The notes: a model not told the origin generated them from the letters alone. DNA of 41,102 nt from Octopus sinensis (GCF_006345805.1 NW_021826209.1:1-41102); one strand, 5' to 3'. Shown: positions 22,988 through 35,462, numbered from the stretch's first letter. Numbers and translations: made by a program.

Positions 22988-23692
22988 GTTTGACTTTTGC
23001 TTTACATTTGCACAAGTTGGCTCCAAGTCTCACCCAGAGACCTCAAGAGACAACAGGCTGGAAGTTCATGTTGTTGTTATGCCTAGTGTGCCATATATTT
23101 GGTTTCGTATTAAGTGTTGAACTAGTGAATGTAAAAAAAAATGTTTGTTTTAAAACTTGAGATTACATAGAAAGTATTTTGCGTAGGATATGAGCAGTTC
23201 CCATGAGCACTATCTTTTGAATTTCTGCCATTTTGGGGTTTCCTGGTATCTGAGTTAGGTAACAATCAGCCCCTTTTGCTATCATTCCCAGGGCACCTAT
23301 GACAACAGGTATTGTTTTAGTCTTCAGGTTCCACATTTTGCTGATTTCTATTTCAAGATCTTTATATTTGCTCAGTTGTTGGTAGGTCTTGACAGATACG
23401 TTTATCTCGATTGAGACAGTCATATCAATGAGGAGTATGTTCTTTGTCTGAAATCTTTCAATATGATGTCTGGCCTATTTGCGTCTATCTTTCTGTCAGT
23501 TTGAATGGTGAAGTTCCAGAGGAGTAAGATGTGGTCATTTTCAAGCACTGGAGGTGGTTTGTGTTCCCACCAGTTTTTTTCATGGGGCAGATCCAGGTTT
23601 TTGCGAATTACCCAGTGAATATATTGTGCAGCTCTACCATGCCTGTTGAGATACTCTGTAGGCGCTAGAAGACTGCACTTGGAGACAACATG
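22985..23692 (-). mobile_element. 5'-truncated R4/Dong-like LINE (Zn knuckle plus RLE endonuclease)
   Basis: HVVSKCSLLAPTEYLNRH, RPDII, SKYKDLEIEISKMW, IPVVIGALG, IQKIVLMGTAHILRK; 3'UTR ends in (TAA)n. Confidence 0.9.
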
Positions 23693-23748
<56 letters not shown>

Positions 23749-23764
23749 CATCATCATCGTCATC

Positions 23765-23895
23765 ATATGCTTGAATTTTGCTTTTGTATTTGTACAAGTT
23801 GGCTCCAAGTCTCACCCAGAGACCTCAAGAGACAATAAGTTAGAAGTTCATGTTGGTGTTATGCCTAGGGTGTCATATAGTTGGTTTTGCACATA
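23765..23895 (-). mobile_element. 3'UTR of the same R4/Dong-like family
   Basis: Paralogous to 22985-23110 and 19296-19420. Confidence 0.8.
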
Positions 23896-24060
23896 GTACT
23901 ATTCTGGAGAATGTTTAGGAAAACATAAGATTATTGGGTTTGTTTCAAAAATTTGATACGTTGTTCCAATCTGGTCAGCTGGCAAAAATGAATTGCACCA
24001 ACTTTGTCACATTCTGTGTCATGTTAACTCTCCCTGAGAACTACATTAAGTGTACACACG

Positions 24061-24131
<71 letters not shown>

Positions 24132-24175
24132 TTGTGCGGGCATGCGTCTATGTCTGTGTGCATGTCTATATGTAT

Positions 24176-24404
24176 ATTTCTTTACTGCTCACAAGGAGCC
24201 AAACATAGAGGGGACAAACAAGGACAGACTAAGGGATTAAGTCGATGACATCGATCCCAGTGCGAAACTGGTACTTTATTTATCGACCCCGAAAGGATGA
24301 AAGGCAAAGTCGACCTCGGCGGAATTTGAACTCAGAACGAAGCGACAGACGAAATACCGCTGAGCATTTCGCCCGGCGTGCTAACGTTTCGGCCAGCTCG
24401 CCGT
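24176..24404 (-). mobile_element. SINE B, type-1 tail
   Basis: Complete monomer next to a TA tract. Confidence 0.88.
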
Positions 24405-24481
24405 CTATATATATATATATATATATGCAGAAAGAAAGAAAGAAAGAAAAAAAGAAAGAAAGAAAGAAGATACAGGATAAT

Positions 24482-24746
24482 GGAGAATTATACATTCCTT
24501 AATCAGCTTATGCACGGTTCGGTTAGAATGACAAATTTCAAAATTCTCTGATGCAGTAATTATGCATATTAATCATCGATCGCATTCTTGATCGATTAAA
24601 AATCTATGGAGACAGAAATTTAAAGCAGGTTCTTGGCCGATCAAAATATGGGATCGATTAACATACATGATTGCTGCATCAAAGAATTTCGAAATTTTGC
24701 AATCGAACCGAAACGAGCTTGAGTTGATTGAGGAATGCATAACTCT
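24482..24746. mobile_element. Old MITE-like element with long degenerate TIRs
   Basis: About 90-100-bp inverted ends, roughly three-quarters identical by eye. Confidence 0.6.
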
Positions 24747-24787
24747 CTGTTCTTTTGTGGGGTTTTTTTCTTTCTTTTTATCTATCT

Positions 24788-24861
24788 GGGGTCGATTTGC
24801 TCGACTAAAGGCAGTGCTCCAGCATGGCCACAGTCAAATGACTGAAACAAGTAAAAGAGTA
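24788..24861 (+). mobile_element. SINE A tail only
   Basis: ggggtcgatttgctcgactaaagg...gaaacaagtaaaagag. Confidence 0.75.
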
Positions 24862-24925
24862 TATATATAAATACATACATACATACATACATGTATATAT
24901 ATATATAAATACATACATACATACA

Positions 24926-24957
<32 letters not shown>

Positions 24958-25179
24958 CATATATATATATATATATATATCACTTATTATCTAGATAACC
25001 GCTCAACGTAAACATAACGTTTTAAAAAATTGAAAAGCTGAACGCGAAACCGGTCATTTCTTCTATACTATGTCATTGTATGAAAAAAAATTATAACATT
25101 CTTCAGACATATTGACTCAAATATATATTTTTTAACCTTTTAAAACAAGCCTTCTGTAGTTTTTTCACTTTTTACTATT

Positions 25180-25249
<70 letters not shown>

Positions 25250-25647
25250 CTTTTACTTGTTTCAGTCATTTGACTGTGGCCATGCTGGAGCACCGCCTTT
25301 AGTCGAGCAAATCGACCCCAGGTCTTATTCTTTGTAAGCCTAGTACTTATTCCATCGGTCTCTTTGCCGAACCGCTAAGTTACAGGGACGTAAACACACC
25401 AGCATCGGTTGTCAAGCGATGTTGGGTGTACAAACACAGACCCCCCCCCACACACACAAACATATATATATATATACATATATACGACGGGCTTCTTTCA
25501 GTTTCCGTTTGCCAAATCCACTCACAAGGCTTTGGTCGGTCGAGGCTATAGTAGAAGACACTTGCCCAAGGTGCCACGCAGCGGGACTGAGCCCGGAACC
25601 ATGTGATTGGGAAGCAAGCTACTTACCACATAGCCACTCCTGCGCCT
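25250..25647 (-). mobile_element. SINE family A, full length
   Basis: Complete head, body and tail. Confidence 0.9.
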
Positions 25648-25670
25648 ATGTATATATGTATATATATGTG

Positions 25671-25711
<41 letters not shown>

Positions 25712-25734
25712 ATATATATATATATGTATGTATA

Positions 25735-26944
25735 CAGGGTGTGGTGAATAAACTGTTGTCTAAATTACGCAAAAATGAAAATAATACAGACATCTCATTT
25801 TAACAGATACATTTACCAAAATTACATTAAAATGTCTTGAAATACTAAAGAATAAATTTACGTAATAAAATCGTCGTTGGCTTTACCTGCGGCCTCAAGA
25901 CGACGTCAGAATTTCCTGCAACTCTTCTGGGCAGTCTCCTTGCTGAAGTTGGTGAATGCTGCCACAATCCTTGCCTTCATTTCATCTTTGGTGCTACAGG
26001 AGTTTTGTTGGTCTCTCGTTCAACTGCGCCTCACACATAATAATCAAAGGGATCGCAGTCTGGGAAGTTAGGTGGTCAGGTTTTAGGGATCATCATCATC
26101 ATCAATGTTCGACCGTAGTCGAGACTTTCATAGTCTTTTCAAATGGCTAATAATGTGTGCGCGCGCCACTACTACACACATTGGAAAGCATTGTACAACC
26201 AAGTGCTAAAGAAGATCTTTCCTCTTCCATGAAACAAAGATGTTCCCGCTGGACGTCAACCCAGTATTTATAAGCTACGGACCGAGTGATTTATTGTAAG
26301 GTTATCTCCCTAGATAGATTGCCTTCACTACAGCTAAGGAGCCCTTTCTACCCCAGAGATGATGTGGTCGCAGAAATTGTCTGACAGCCATGAGTGGGTT
26401 CTCCTACTTGTATGGCATGGTGCGGAGTCCTGTTGCCAGACATAGGGTGTTCCAGTAGCCACCCTCTTCACCCAAGACATCCGTGCTGAGTCTGAGGCCG
26501 TGTGGGAAGATGATATAAGTGATGATCACTACAAACACCGTGATTTTGACTGGATGTTTGATTTTCATCACTCTCGTAACATGTTTTGGGGACACGGCAA
26601 GCCAACGGTTGTTCTGTGTGTTCACCATCTGTCCGTATTGGAGCTTCCGGTGTGAATGCCAAGCAGTACAGCATGTCGTTTCCAAATTTCTGGCAAAGGA
26701 TATAGTAGAAGACACTTGCCCAAGGTGCCACGCAGTGGTACTGAACCCGGAACTATGTGGTCGGGAAGCAAGCGTCTTACCACACACCCACGCCTTTCCT
26801 TCTAAATACATGAATTGCGCCATGGTATCGTTTTTCTCACAGACTGTGCCCAACTGACCCTACGATACTGTGTAGTCGACAAAATCAAAACCAAACAATA
26901 CACATGCGCGAATTCTAAATTTACAATTTACCCATCGCAGCCTG
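25735..26944 (-). mobile_element. Internally deleted DD37D (maT-type) Tc1/mariner element
   Basis: TA|CAGGGTG terminus; ATG at 26823 (MAQF..PEIWKRHAVLLG); NTQNNRWLA, WQQDSAPCHTS, PPNFPDCDPFDYY motifs; interrupted by two insertions. Confidence 0.8.
26078..26350. mobile_element. Insertion within the maT element, possibly an RTE-like 3' fragment
   Basis: Splits the otherwise contiguous DNFCDH / PPN transposase motifs; family assignment is from weak recall only. Confidence 0.4.
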
Positions 26945-26947
26945 CAT

Positions 26948-27212
26948 TCTTTTATTCTTTTACTTGTTTCAGTCATTTGACTGTGGCCATGCCGGGGCAC
27001 CGCCTTGAAGGCTTTTTTTTAGTCGAGCAAATCGACCCTAAGACTTATTCTTTGTGAGCCTGGTACTTATTTTATCACTCTCTTTTGCCAAACAACTAAG
27101 TTATGGGGGCATAAACTAACCAACATAGGTGTCAAGCGATCGTGGGGAGGGGACAAACACAGACACAAATACACATATATATACATATACATTCATACAC
27201 ACACACACACAT

Positions 27213-27263
<51 letters not shown>

Positions 27264-27419
27264 ACGGGCTTCTTTCAGTTTTCGTCTACTAAATCTACTG
27301 ACATGGATTTGGTTGGCCTTAGGATATAGTAGAAGACACTTGCCAAAGGTGCCACGCAGTGGGACTGAACCCGAAACAATGCGGTCGGAAAGCAAGCATC
27401 TTACCACACACCCACGCCT
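26948..27419 (-). mobile_element. SINE family A, full length, diverged
   Basis: Complete head, body and tail with a long internal TA tract. Confidence 0.85.
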
Positions 27420-27499
27420 TTCCTTCTAAATACAAACGAGAGAAATGGCCTGCAATACATAGAGTTAGATATAATTGTTGTAGGCAAAGAACCAGAAAT

Positions 27500-27640
27500 T
27501 TGCAGTGAAAGGGATTAGCCTAGTATTGGACTGATATTTTATTTCATTTATTTAGGAAGGATAAAAATCTTAGTTGAACGCTAGTGGATTTGAACTCAGA
27601 ACGTAACGAGTCACAAGAAATACCTGTAGGCATTTTGTCC
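27500..27640 (-). mobile_element. Old SINE B-related fragment
   Basis: tttgaactcagaacgtaac motif with a degenerate core. Confidence 0.5.
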
Positions 27641-27642
27641 TA

Positions 27643-27861
27643 TGCTGAAAATACAAGATGTTCCTGGCTTTAAGGAAATCGGAAAAGGCCTGGCTGAAGG
27701 CCCAAATTTCTGAGTTCTTCTTTTACAGGGCTTATAAAAACTGAAGGACTACTGCAATAAGTGTGTGAATCTGAGAGGGGAATATGTTGAATAAAATCAT
27801 AATTAACTGATCCTCCTCTATTTTCTTTTAGTGAAAGCCAGGAATTTTTCAGCACCCCTCA
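27643..27861 (+). mobile_element. Mariner (irritans-like) MITE, left end damaged
   Basis: Paralogous to 28161-28376; right TIR aaagccaggaatttttcagcacccctc. Confidence 0.75.
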
Positions 27862-27896
27862 TGTGTCTGTGTGTGTGTGTATATATATGCTGATAA

Positions 27897-28127
27897 GGCG
27901 GTGAGCTGGCAGAAATGTTAGCACGCCGGGCGAAATGCGTAGCCGTATTTCGTCTGCCGTTTCGTTCTGAGTTCAAATTCCGCCGAGGTCGACTTTGCCT
28001 TTCATCCTTTCGGGGTCGATAAATTAAGTACCAGTTATGCACTGGAGTCGATGTAATCGACTTAATCCCTTTGTCTATCATTGTTTGTCCCCCTCTGTGT
28101 TTAGCCCCTTGTGGGTAGTAAAGAAAT
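27897..28127 (+). mobile_element. SINE B, type-1 tail, with 16-bp TSD
   Basis: ATATATATGCTGATAA at 27881-27896 and 28132-28147. Confidence 0.92.
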
Positions 28128-28160
28128 ATATATATATATGCTGATAAACATATATATATA

Positions 28161-28376
28161 GGAGGGAGTGCTGAAAAGTTCCTGGCTTTAAGGGTATCTC
28201 AAATGGCCTGGCTGGAGGCTCAACCTTCCCAGTTCTTTTACAGGGCTTAGAAAAACTGAAGGACCACTGCAATACGTATGTAAATCTGAAAGTGGAATAT
28301 GGTGAATAAAATCATTAACTGATTCTCCTGTATTTTCTTTTACCCAAAGCCACGAACTTTTCAGCCACCCACCTCG
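28161..28376 (+). mobile_element. Mariner (irritans-like) MITE
   Basis: TIRs gagggagtgctgaaaagttcctggcttt / aaagccacgaacttttcagc...cctcg, TA flanks; interior encodes a transposase-like C-terminus QGLEKLKDHCNTYVNLKVEYGE-stop. Confidence 0.8.
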
Positions 28377-28477
28377 TATATGTGCGCGCGCGCGCGTGTG
28401 TGCGGGTGTGTGTGTGGGGGCAGTGGGGGTGATTCTAAAAATATGTAACCACATCATCAAAATCTTGAATATATAAA

Positions 28478-29008
28478 TTGGGTTGGTGTATAATTAATTA
28501 TTGCGGTTTTTTTTTCCCCAACAAATTTTATTCAACAAAAACAATAGCAACATGTAACAAAAACATTTTAAAATGATCATTCCGGAGCACGTTCGCCATC
28601 TGTAGAGGCGCGTGGCTTAGTGGTTAGGGTGTCAGCACCATGATCGTAAGATTGTGGTTTCGATTCCTGGACCGGGCGACGCGTTGTGTTCTTGAGCAAA
28701 ACACTTCATTTCACGTTGCTCCAGTCCACTCAGCTGGCAAAAATGAGTAACGTTGCAATCGACTGGCGTCCCGTCCAGCTGGGGAACTCATACGCCATAG
28801 AAGCCGGGAAACCGGGCCCATGAACCTGGCTAGGTCTTAAAAGGCGCATTTATCTATTTTTTTATATTCGCCATCTACTACAATTCCTGCATCCCGTTTG
28901 CTTGGCAGACGGGCAGACAGTCATTGAAAGATGTTTTGTGAAATATTGTTATTGTTTCTTGAATAAGATTTGTCGAAAAAAAGCCGCAATAATTATGCAT
29001 CAACCCAA
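28478..29008 (-). mobile_element. Mariner MITE with nested SINE D
   Basis: TIRs ttgggttggtg(t/c)ataatt...attgcgg; equals the 35601-35863 family plus the SINE and its TSD. Confidence 0.85.
28602..28866 (+). mobile_element. tRNA-derived SINE family D with 10-bp TSD, inserted in a mariner MITE
   Basis: A box tggcttagtggttagg, B box ggtttcgattcc; TSD TTCGCCATCT at 28592-28601 and 28867-28876; contains gactggcgtcccgtccag, reminiscent of the V-SINE domain. Confidence 0.85.
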
Positions 29009-29015
29009 TGTATAT

Positions 29016-29051
<36 letters not shown>

Positions 29052-29084
29052 ATATATATATAGATATCTATATATATATATATA

Positions 29085-29225
29085 CATCTTCCCACACGGT
29101 GGAGTTACGATTTCAGGAGGACGATTGGGATCACGGGGATGAGAAAGGCGCGATCCAGAGAGGAGTGGACAGCGTGCTGTGACCAGCGGTGTCAAATGGA
29201 CGCCTGACGGACTGGTCGGTCAAGG
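29085..29225 (+). mobile_element. Possible RTE-clade LINE 3' end
   Basis: GITGMRKARSREEWTACCDQRCQMDA-stop resembles RTE ORF termini. Confidence 0.4.
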
Positions 29226-29249
29226 TGATCATATATATATATATATTAT

Positions 29250-29618
29250 AGGCGCAGGAGTGGCTGTGTGGTAAGTAGCTTGCTAACCAACCACGTGGTC
29301 GCGGGTTCAGTCCCACTGCGTGACATCTTGGGCAAGTGTCTTCTGCTATAGCCCCGGGCCGACCAATGCCTTGTGAGTGGATTTGGTAGACGGAAACTGA
29401 AAGGAGCCTGTCGTATATATGTATATATATATATATATGTGTGTGTTTGTGTGTCTGGTGTGTTTACGTCCCCGTAACTTAGCGGTTCGGCAAAAGGGAC
29501 CGATAGAATAAGTACTGTGCTTACAAAGAATAAGTCCCGGGGTCGAATTGCTCGACTAAAGGTGGTGCTCCAGCATGGCCGCAGTCAAATGACTGAAACA
29601 AGTAAAAGAGTAAAAGAA
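29250..29618 (+). mobile_element. SINE family A, full length
   Basis: Complete head, body and tail. Confidence 0.9.
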
Positions 29619-30185
29619 TATATATATATATATATAATATATATATATATATAATATAGACACATGCATGTATGAATATATGTGTGTATACATGCATATG
29701 TATGTATGTATGTATGCTTGCTTGCTTGTATGTATGTATGTATGTATGTAAGTATGTATGTATGTATGTATGTAAGTATGTATGTATGTATGTATGTATG
29801 TATGTATGTATGCATGCATGTATGTATGTATTTATGTATGTATGTATGCATGCATGCATGTATGTATGTATGTATGTATGTATGCATGCATGCATGCATG
29901 TATGTATGTATTTATGTATGTATGTATGTATGTATGCATGCATGTATGTATCAGGAACTCTTCAGCACTCCCTCGCAGAATAACCGAGTTTCCGACGGTG
30001 CCTTATTTCTAGTTCCGTATTGGCGCTTACACAAACATTTACGTTTTAACAAAACATGCATGGTGGGCGGGATAACACGCACACAGTGCCAGTACAGAAC
30101 AGCATCGTGTATATCGTACTTAATGTGGAAATACTCTAAGAAAACCACACCATTGCGGTTTTGAGGTCTTGATAAAGCATATTGC

Positions 30186-30400
30186 ATGAACGTGCTGTGC
30201 TAAAAAAAGATTCTCGGAAATATCAGTTGCAATCGGAAAGCGGTGGTGGAATTACCAGATCCGGGACTTCTGCCGGTTCGTGAGTCATCGGCAGCAAGTA
30301 TCCGTTATCGTCCGCATGCTGAGGCAATGGTCTGTATGCATAAGTGTGTGTAGGTGTGTGCGTGTGTTTTGAGTGTGCACGTGTATAGTTATGGGTATGC

Positions 30401-30480
<80 letters not shown>
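30186..30480. repeat. Duplicated block, copy 1 (copy 2 at 32165-32460)
   Basis: About 150-bp non-TE-like core plus TG/TATC tracts repeated about 1980 bp downstream. Confidence 0.9.
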
Positions 30481-30486
<6 letters not shown>

Positions 30487-30538
30487 ATCTATCTCTCACT
30501 CTCTCTATCTATCTCGCTCTGTATCATATAATATATAT

Positions 30539-30589
<51 letters not shown>

Positions 30590-30678
30590 CTATATATCTC
30601 TGTGTGTGTGGTGTGTGTATGTGTGTGTGTGTGTGTGGTGTGTATGTATGTAATATATATATGTATGTATAATATATA

Positions 30679-31951
30679 CGAGGGGCGTTCAATAAGTAAT
30701 GCCCCTGACCCACTTCCCATAGCAGTAGAGCAACGAAACTTGGCACAGTTATTAGTCTTTTTCTACATAGGAACCACTCAGAGTTACACATTTCTCCTAT
30801 CGTTTGATGCAACTCTTGGAGACCGTTTTTGTAGAAGACCCCAGCTTGGTCCTCCAACCACGACGTGACTTCAGAAATTAAGGCTGCATCATCTGGGAAA
30901 CGCTTTCCTTTCAAAAACAACTTCATGGCTGGGAAGAGGTGGAAATCAGAGGGTGCAAGTCAGGAGAGTAGGGGGATGGGGGAGGAGTTCATAGCCGCAC
31001 GCCTGTGCTTCTGATCTGGCGACACGCGAGTTGTAGACCGGAGCGTTGTCCTGCAGGAGGAGGATGCCTTTGCTGATCTTGCTCCACCTCTTGATTTTGA
31101 TAGCTTCTCTTAATTTCCTCAAAAGTGAAGCATAAAAGGCTCCTGTAATTGTGGTACCTTTGCCAGGAAATCTGTCATCACTACTCCGTCCTGGTCCCGA
31201 AGACTGTGAGCATGACCTTGCCAGTGGAGGGCTGCACCCTTGCCTTCTTTGGAGGAGGTGAGTCACGGTGCTCCACTGCATGACTGGGCTTTGGTCTCTG
31301 GATCATAGTGATGGACCCAGATTTCATCCTGTGTAATCAGTCTTTTGAAAAATTTTGACTCATTTCTTGGCACATCTCCAAATTCATCCTCGAGCACTCG
31401 ACGCGTTCTTGCTTCTGGAAAGGTGTGAGCAACCTGGGAATCCATCTGGCAGACACCTTTTGCATATGCAAATGGTCATGAATGATAGTTTTCACAGACC
31501 CGGTACTAAACTTGACCTCATGGGCTATTTGGCGAATAGTTATGCGTCGATCTTCCAAAATGGCAGCTTCAACTTGACGGACAGATGCCTCATCAATGGC
31601 AGAAGGAGGGCGACCAGATCTGGGAGCTGTTTCCACAGAGTTCCAACCATGTTTGAATTCACGATGCCAGCGTTTTACAAGGTCATATGATGGGGCATCA
31701 TCACCATAAGTTACTTTCATTTCATCAAAAGTCTCCCGTAGTGTGCGTCCTTTCAAATACAAAAACCGGATCACTGCTCGACACTCAACAGGCTCCATTT
31801 CACACTTGACTCAGTTCAAACACCTGTATATCAGAAACCACAATTAGTTCAGAGCTGCAATTTGCCACTTAATCTATAGAGATATGAATAATTGCAGCTA
31901 GATCAAACAACTGCAAGTGGGTCAGAGTCATTACTTATTGAACGCCCCTCG
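30679..31951 (-). mobile_element. Mariner, irritans subfamily (Hsmar2/Himar-like), full length 1273 bp, frameshifted transposase
   Basis: 37-bp TIRs CGAGGGGCGTTCAATAAGTAATG... (2 mismatches), TA TSD; ORF from 31798 MEPVECRAVIRFLYLKG, WIPRLL, ITQDEIW, LLQDNAP, LPHPP. Confidence 0.95.
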
Positions 31952-32062
31952 TACATACACATATAAACATACATATATCTATATTATATTTATATTGAAA
32001 TCCGTATATATTATCTATCCATCCATATCATATATATATATATATAGATACTAAATATATAT

Positions 32063-32163
<101 letters not shown>

Positions 32164-32164
32164 G

Positions 32165-32389
32165 ATGAACGTGCAGTGATAAAAAGAAGATTCTCGGAAA
32201 TATCAGTTGCAAACGGAAAGCGGTGGTGGAATTACCAGATCCGGAACTTCTGCCGGTTCGTGAGTCATCGGCAGCAAGTATCCGTTATCGTCCGCATGCT
32301 AAGACAATGGTGTGTACGCATAAGTGTGTGTAGGTGTGTGTGTGTGTTTTGATTGTGCACGTATATAGTTATGGATATGCATCTATCTC

Positions 32390-32420
<31 letters not shown>

Positions 32421-32460
32421 GATCTATCTATCTATCTATCTATCACTCTCTCTCTCCCGT
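32165..32460. repeat. Duplicated block, copy 2
   Basis: About 90% identical to 30186-30480 by eye. Confidence 0.9.
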
Positions 32461-32466
32461 TCTGTA

Positions 32467-32528
<62 letters not shown>

Positions 32529-32567
32529 TCTATAATAATGTATGTATGTGATATATATATATATATG

Positions 32568-32607
<40 letters not shown>

Positions 32608-32814
32608 TGTGGATATATATATGTATATATCTTATATGAAATATATCATATATATTGATATATATAAGATCTATATAGATATCATTACATATAATATATA
32701 TATATAGATATATCTAGATATTATATATATGAGAGACTAGCCATAGAACTTTACATGTAAGTCATGTATGTATCCATATAGCGCTTTATACATATATATA
32801 CATTATATAATATA

Positions 32815-32856
<42 letters not shown>

Positions 32857-33088
32857 ATTATTATATATATAATATATTATGAAGTAATAAAGAATTATGT
32901 ATTACGGATAATTCGAAAGATAACCGATACCTGGGTAGCAAAATCACAAACAGAAAGGGCACGGTGAAGTACGACCATGGGGCATAAAATCCGAGCCTAG
33001 TGCGGAAATTTGAAGTTTATATATTAGGTTAGGAAAGAATGGAGCTGAACGAAGATTTAACAAAAATTCCTTTATTTTATTTTATTTT

Positions 33089-33174
33089 ATTTTCGACATA
33101 TGTTTCGAAGTCTGCCAAAGTCCCAAATTCCGATTGAATAAGGAGTCCATTTGCAGCTTTCTCTTCAGGAAAAT
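33089..33174 (-). ncRNA. Type I hammerhead ribozyme motif (minus strand)
   Basis: AUUUUC-CUGAAGA-GAA..CUGC...GCAG..UUC-GAAAC-AUAU-GUC|GAAAAU. Confidence 0.75.
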
Positions 33175-33275
33175 CCAGGAACTTAATTCTCCAACAAAAT
33201 GCACAATTTCATGGGGATCGCGTGAGCGTTTGTCGAAAAGCTTGCTGTGGCATTTTGTTGGAGAATAAGTCCTGG

Positions 33276-33358
33276 ATTTTCCTGAAGAGAAACTGCAAAA
33301 TGGACTCCTTATCAATCGGAATTTGGGACTTGCAGACTTCGAAACATATGTCGAAAAT
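33276..33358 (+). ncRNA. Type I hammerhead ribozyme motif (plus strand)
   Basis: Stem I AUUUUC/GAAAAU, core CUGAAGA 33282-88, G-C-closed stem II with CUGCAA/UUGCAG, GAAAC 33341-45, GUC site 33350-52. Confidence 0.8.
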
Positions 33359-33409
33359 AAATAAAGGAATTTTGTTAAATCTTCTGTTCAGTCCATTCTT
33401 TCCTATACT

Positions 33410-33442
<33 letters not shown>

Positions 33443-33662
33443 GATATATATATATAATATATATCTATATAATATATATATATTATAAAAAAAATATCCT
33501 TACAAGAGTTTAAAATATTCCTCATTTTGACTATAAATATGTGGTGTGATACATTATTAATATATTATATACACATACATAAATATATATATACAACCTA
33601 AAAAAAAAAAATATATATACGACATTTGCTTGTGTTTATGTGTTTGTCTCTACGTGTAAGTA

Positions 33663-33724
<62 letters not shown>

Positions 33725-33869
33725 CGTGTGCGAGTATGCGCATGTATGTGGGTGCGTTCTGCTTTGTATATATATAAACGCATGTAGGCTCAAATTCGCT
33801 TATAATGTCCCATTGTACTGGGTTCCTTACGTTCATTTCTCTTGACCTCCAAACAACTATAATAACCAC

Positions 33870-33941
33870 CGCCATTACTGTTATTAGTATTATTATCATT
33901 TATTATCATTATCATTATTATTATCATTATCATTATTATTA

Positions 33942-33986
<45 letters not shown>

Positions 33987-34664
33987 TATTATTATTATTT
34001 ATTATTATGTTATTATTATTATATTATTATGATTATTATTATTATTATTATTATATTATTATTATTATTATTAGTTATTATTATTATTATTATTATTGTT
34101 ATTATTGTTATTATTATAGTTATTATATAACGTTTAGTATCCAATACCAGGGCGTTGGTTTTCGTTTTTTTTTCTTCTTTTCTCCCTCACGCCCATGCAC
34201 AGCCATCACCATCACATTAATTAAACTCATTAAGATGCCAAGCTTTATAATTAACGATGATTATGAAAAAAAAAAAAAATAAGTAATAACTCCTTGAACC
34301 CGTCTGGCGATTAATAATAATAATGATAACAACAACAACAACAACAATAAGGATAATAAGAAGAAGAATGTCGTTAATGATGATGAAGAGGAGGAAGATA
34401 TAGGTGGCGGCGGCGTGGCGGTGGCGGTGGTCTGGGTTGTTGTTGTTGTTGTTGTGGTGGTGGTGGTGGTGGTGGTGGGGGTGAACAAGGTGTTAGTGGC
34501 GATGATGATGATGACGACGACGACGACGACAATGATGGTAATGGTATTGTTGTTGGTGATGATGATAATGACGATGATGATGACGGTGGTGGTGGCGGTA
34601 GTGATTGTGATAATGTAGATGATGTTAATGAGGGTGATGATGATGATGATGATGATGATGAGGG

Positions 34665-34706
<42 letters not shown>

Positions 34707-35332
34707 CGACGACGTTGATGATGATGATGATGATGATGATGATGACGACGGTGACGATGATGATGATGATGATGACGACGGTGACGATGATGATGGTCGT
34801 GGTGGTGGGTTTCTCTTTGAAGTTGTGATCATTATGGTTGTTTAGCCCAGGGTCAGGCCTGACAGTCCAGGTCTAAAATGATCAAAGACATTCCAGCACA
34901 ATCTCCAACGGTAGTTTGGTTTATCAAGGATTGCCTTGTCTAATGTGTCCTTCCCATTATGAAGTCGGGTCAAGCGAAATTTATTTTTGGCTGCTATTTA
35001 TGTAGGTCGACCAACCGCATCAAGAACAATTCTTTGGCGCGGCTCGTTGAAGAAATGTTGAGCTTAATTGTGGTGGTGGCGGTGGTGGTGGTGGTGGTGG
35101 TGATGGTGGTGGCGGCGGTGGCGGCGGTGGTGGTAGTAATAGTAGTGTTGGTAGTGGTAGTTGTCGTGGTGGTGGTGGAAGTGGTGGTAGCAATGGTTGT
35201 GTTGATGTGGCGGTCGTCGTCATCGTAACGGCAATGGCGGTGAAGGTGTTGGTGGTGATGATGGCGACGGTGATAACGCTGGTGTTGTAGTTGTTGATGG
35301 TGGTGGTGGTGGTGGCATTGGTGGACCTGCTA

Positions 35333-35388
<56 letters not shown>

Positions 35389-35424
35389 GTTGGTGGTGAT
35401 GATGATGTTACTGATTATAATAAC

Positions 35425-35460
<36 letters not shown>
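33870..35460. repeat. Cluster of compound trinucleotide microsatellites (ATT, GTT, GGT, GAT, CAT)
   Basis: Direct reading; explains the homopolymeric ORFs in the track. Confidence 0.95.

Positions 35461-35462
<2 letters not shown>

Larger units (their letters stand above)
33030..33405. repeat. Long inverted repeat (176/160-bp arms, 40-nt spacer)
   Basis: 33030-33205 is the reverse complement of 33246-33405; differences are mostly indels. Confidence 0.92.

Noticed and set aside
25047-25076. GAAACCGGTC hammerhead half-site
   Set aside because: The CUGANGA core is absent, so it is at most a dead remnant.
30031-30135. 105-nt minus-strand exon candidate
   Set aside because: Splice-like ends, but no recognisable product and no in-phase partners.
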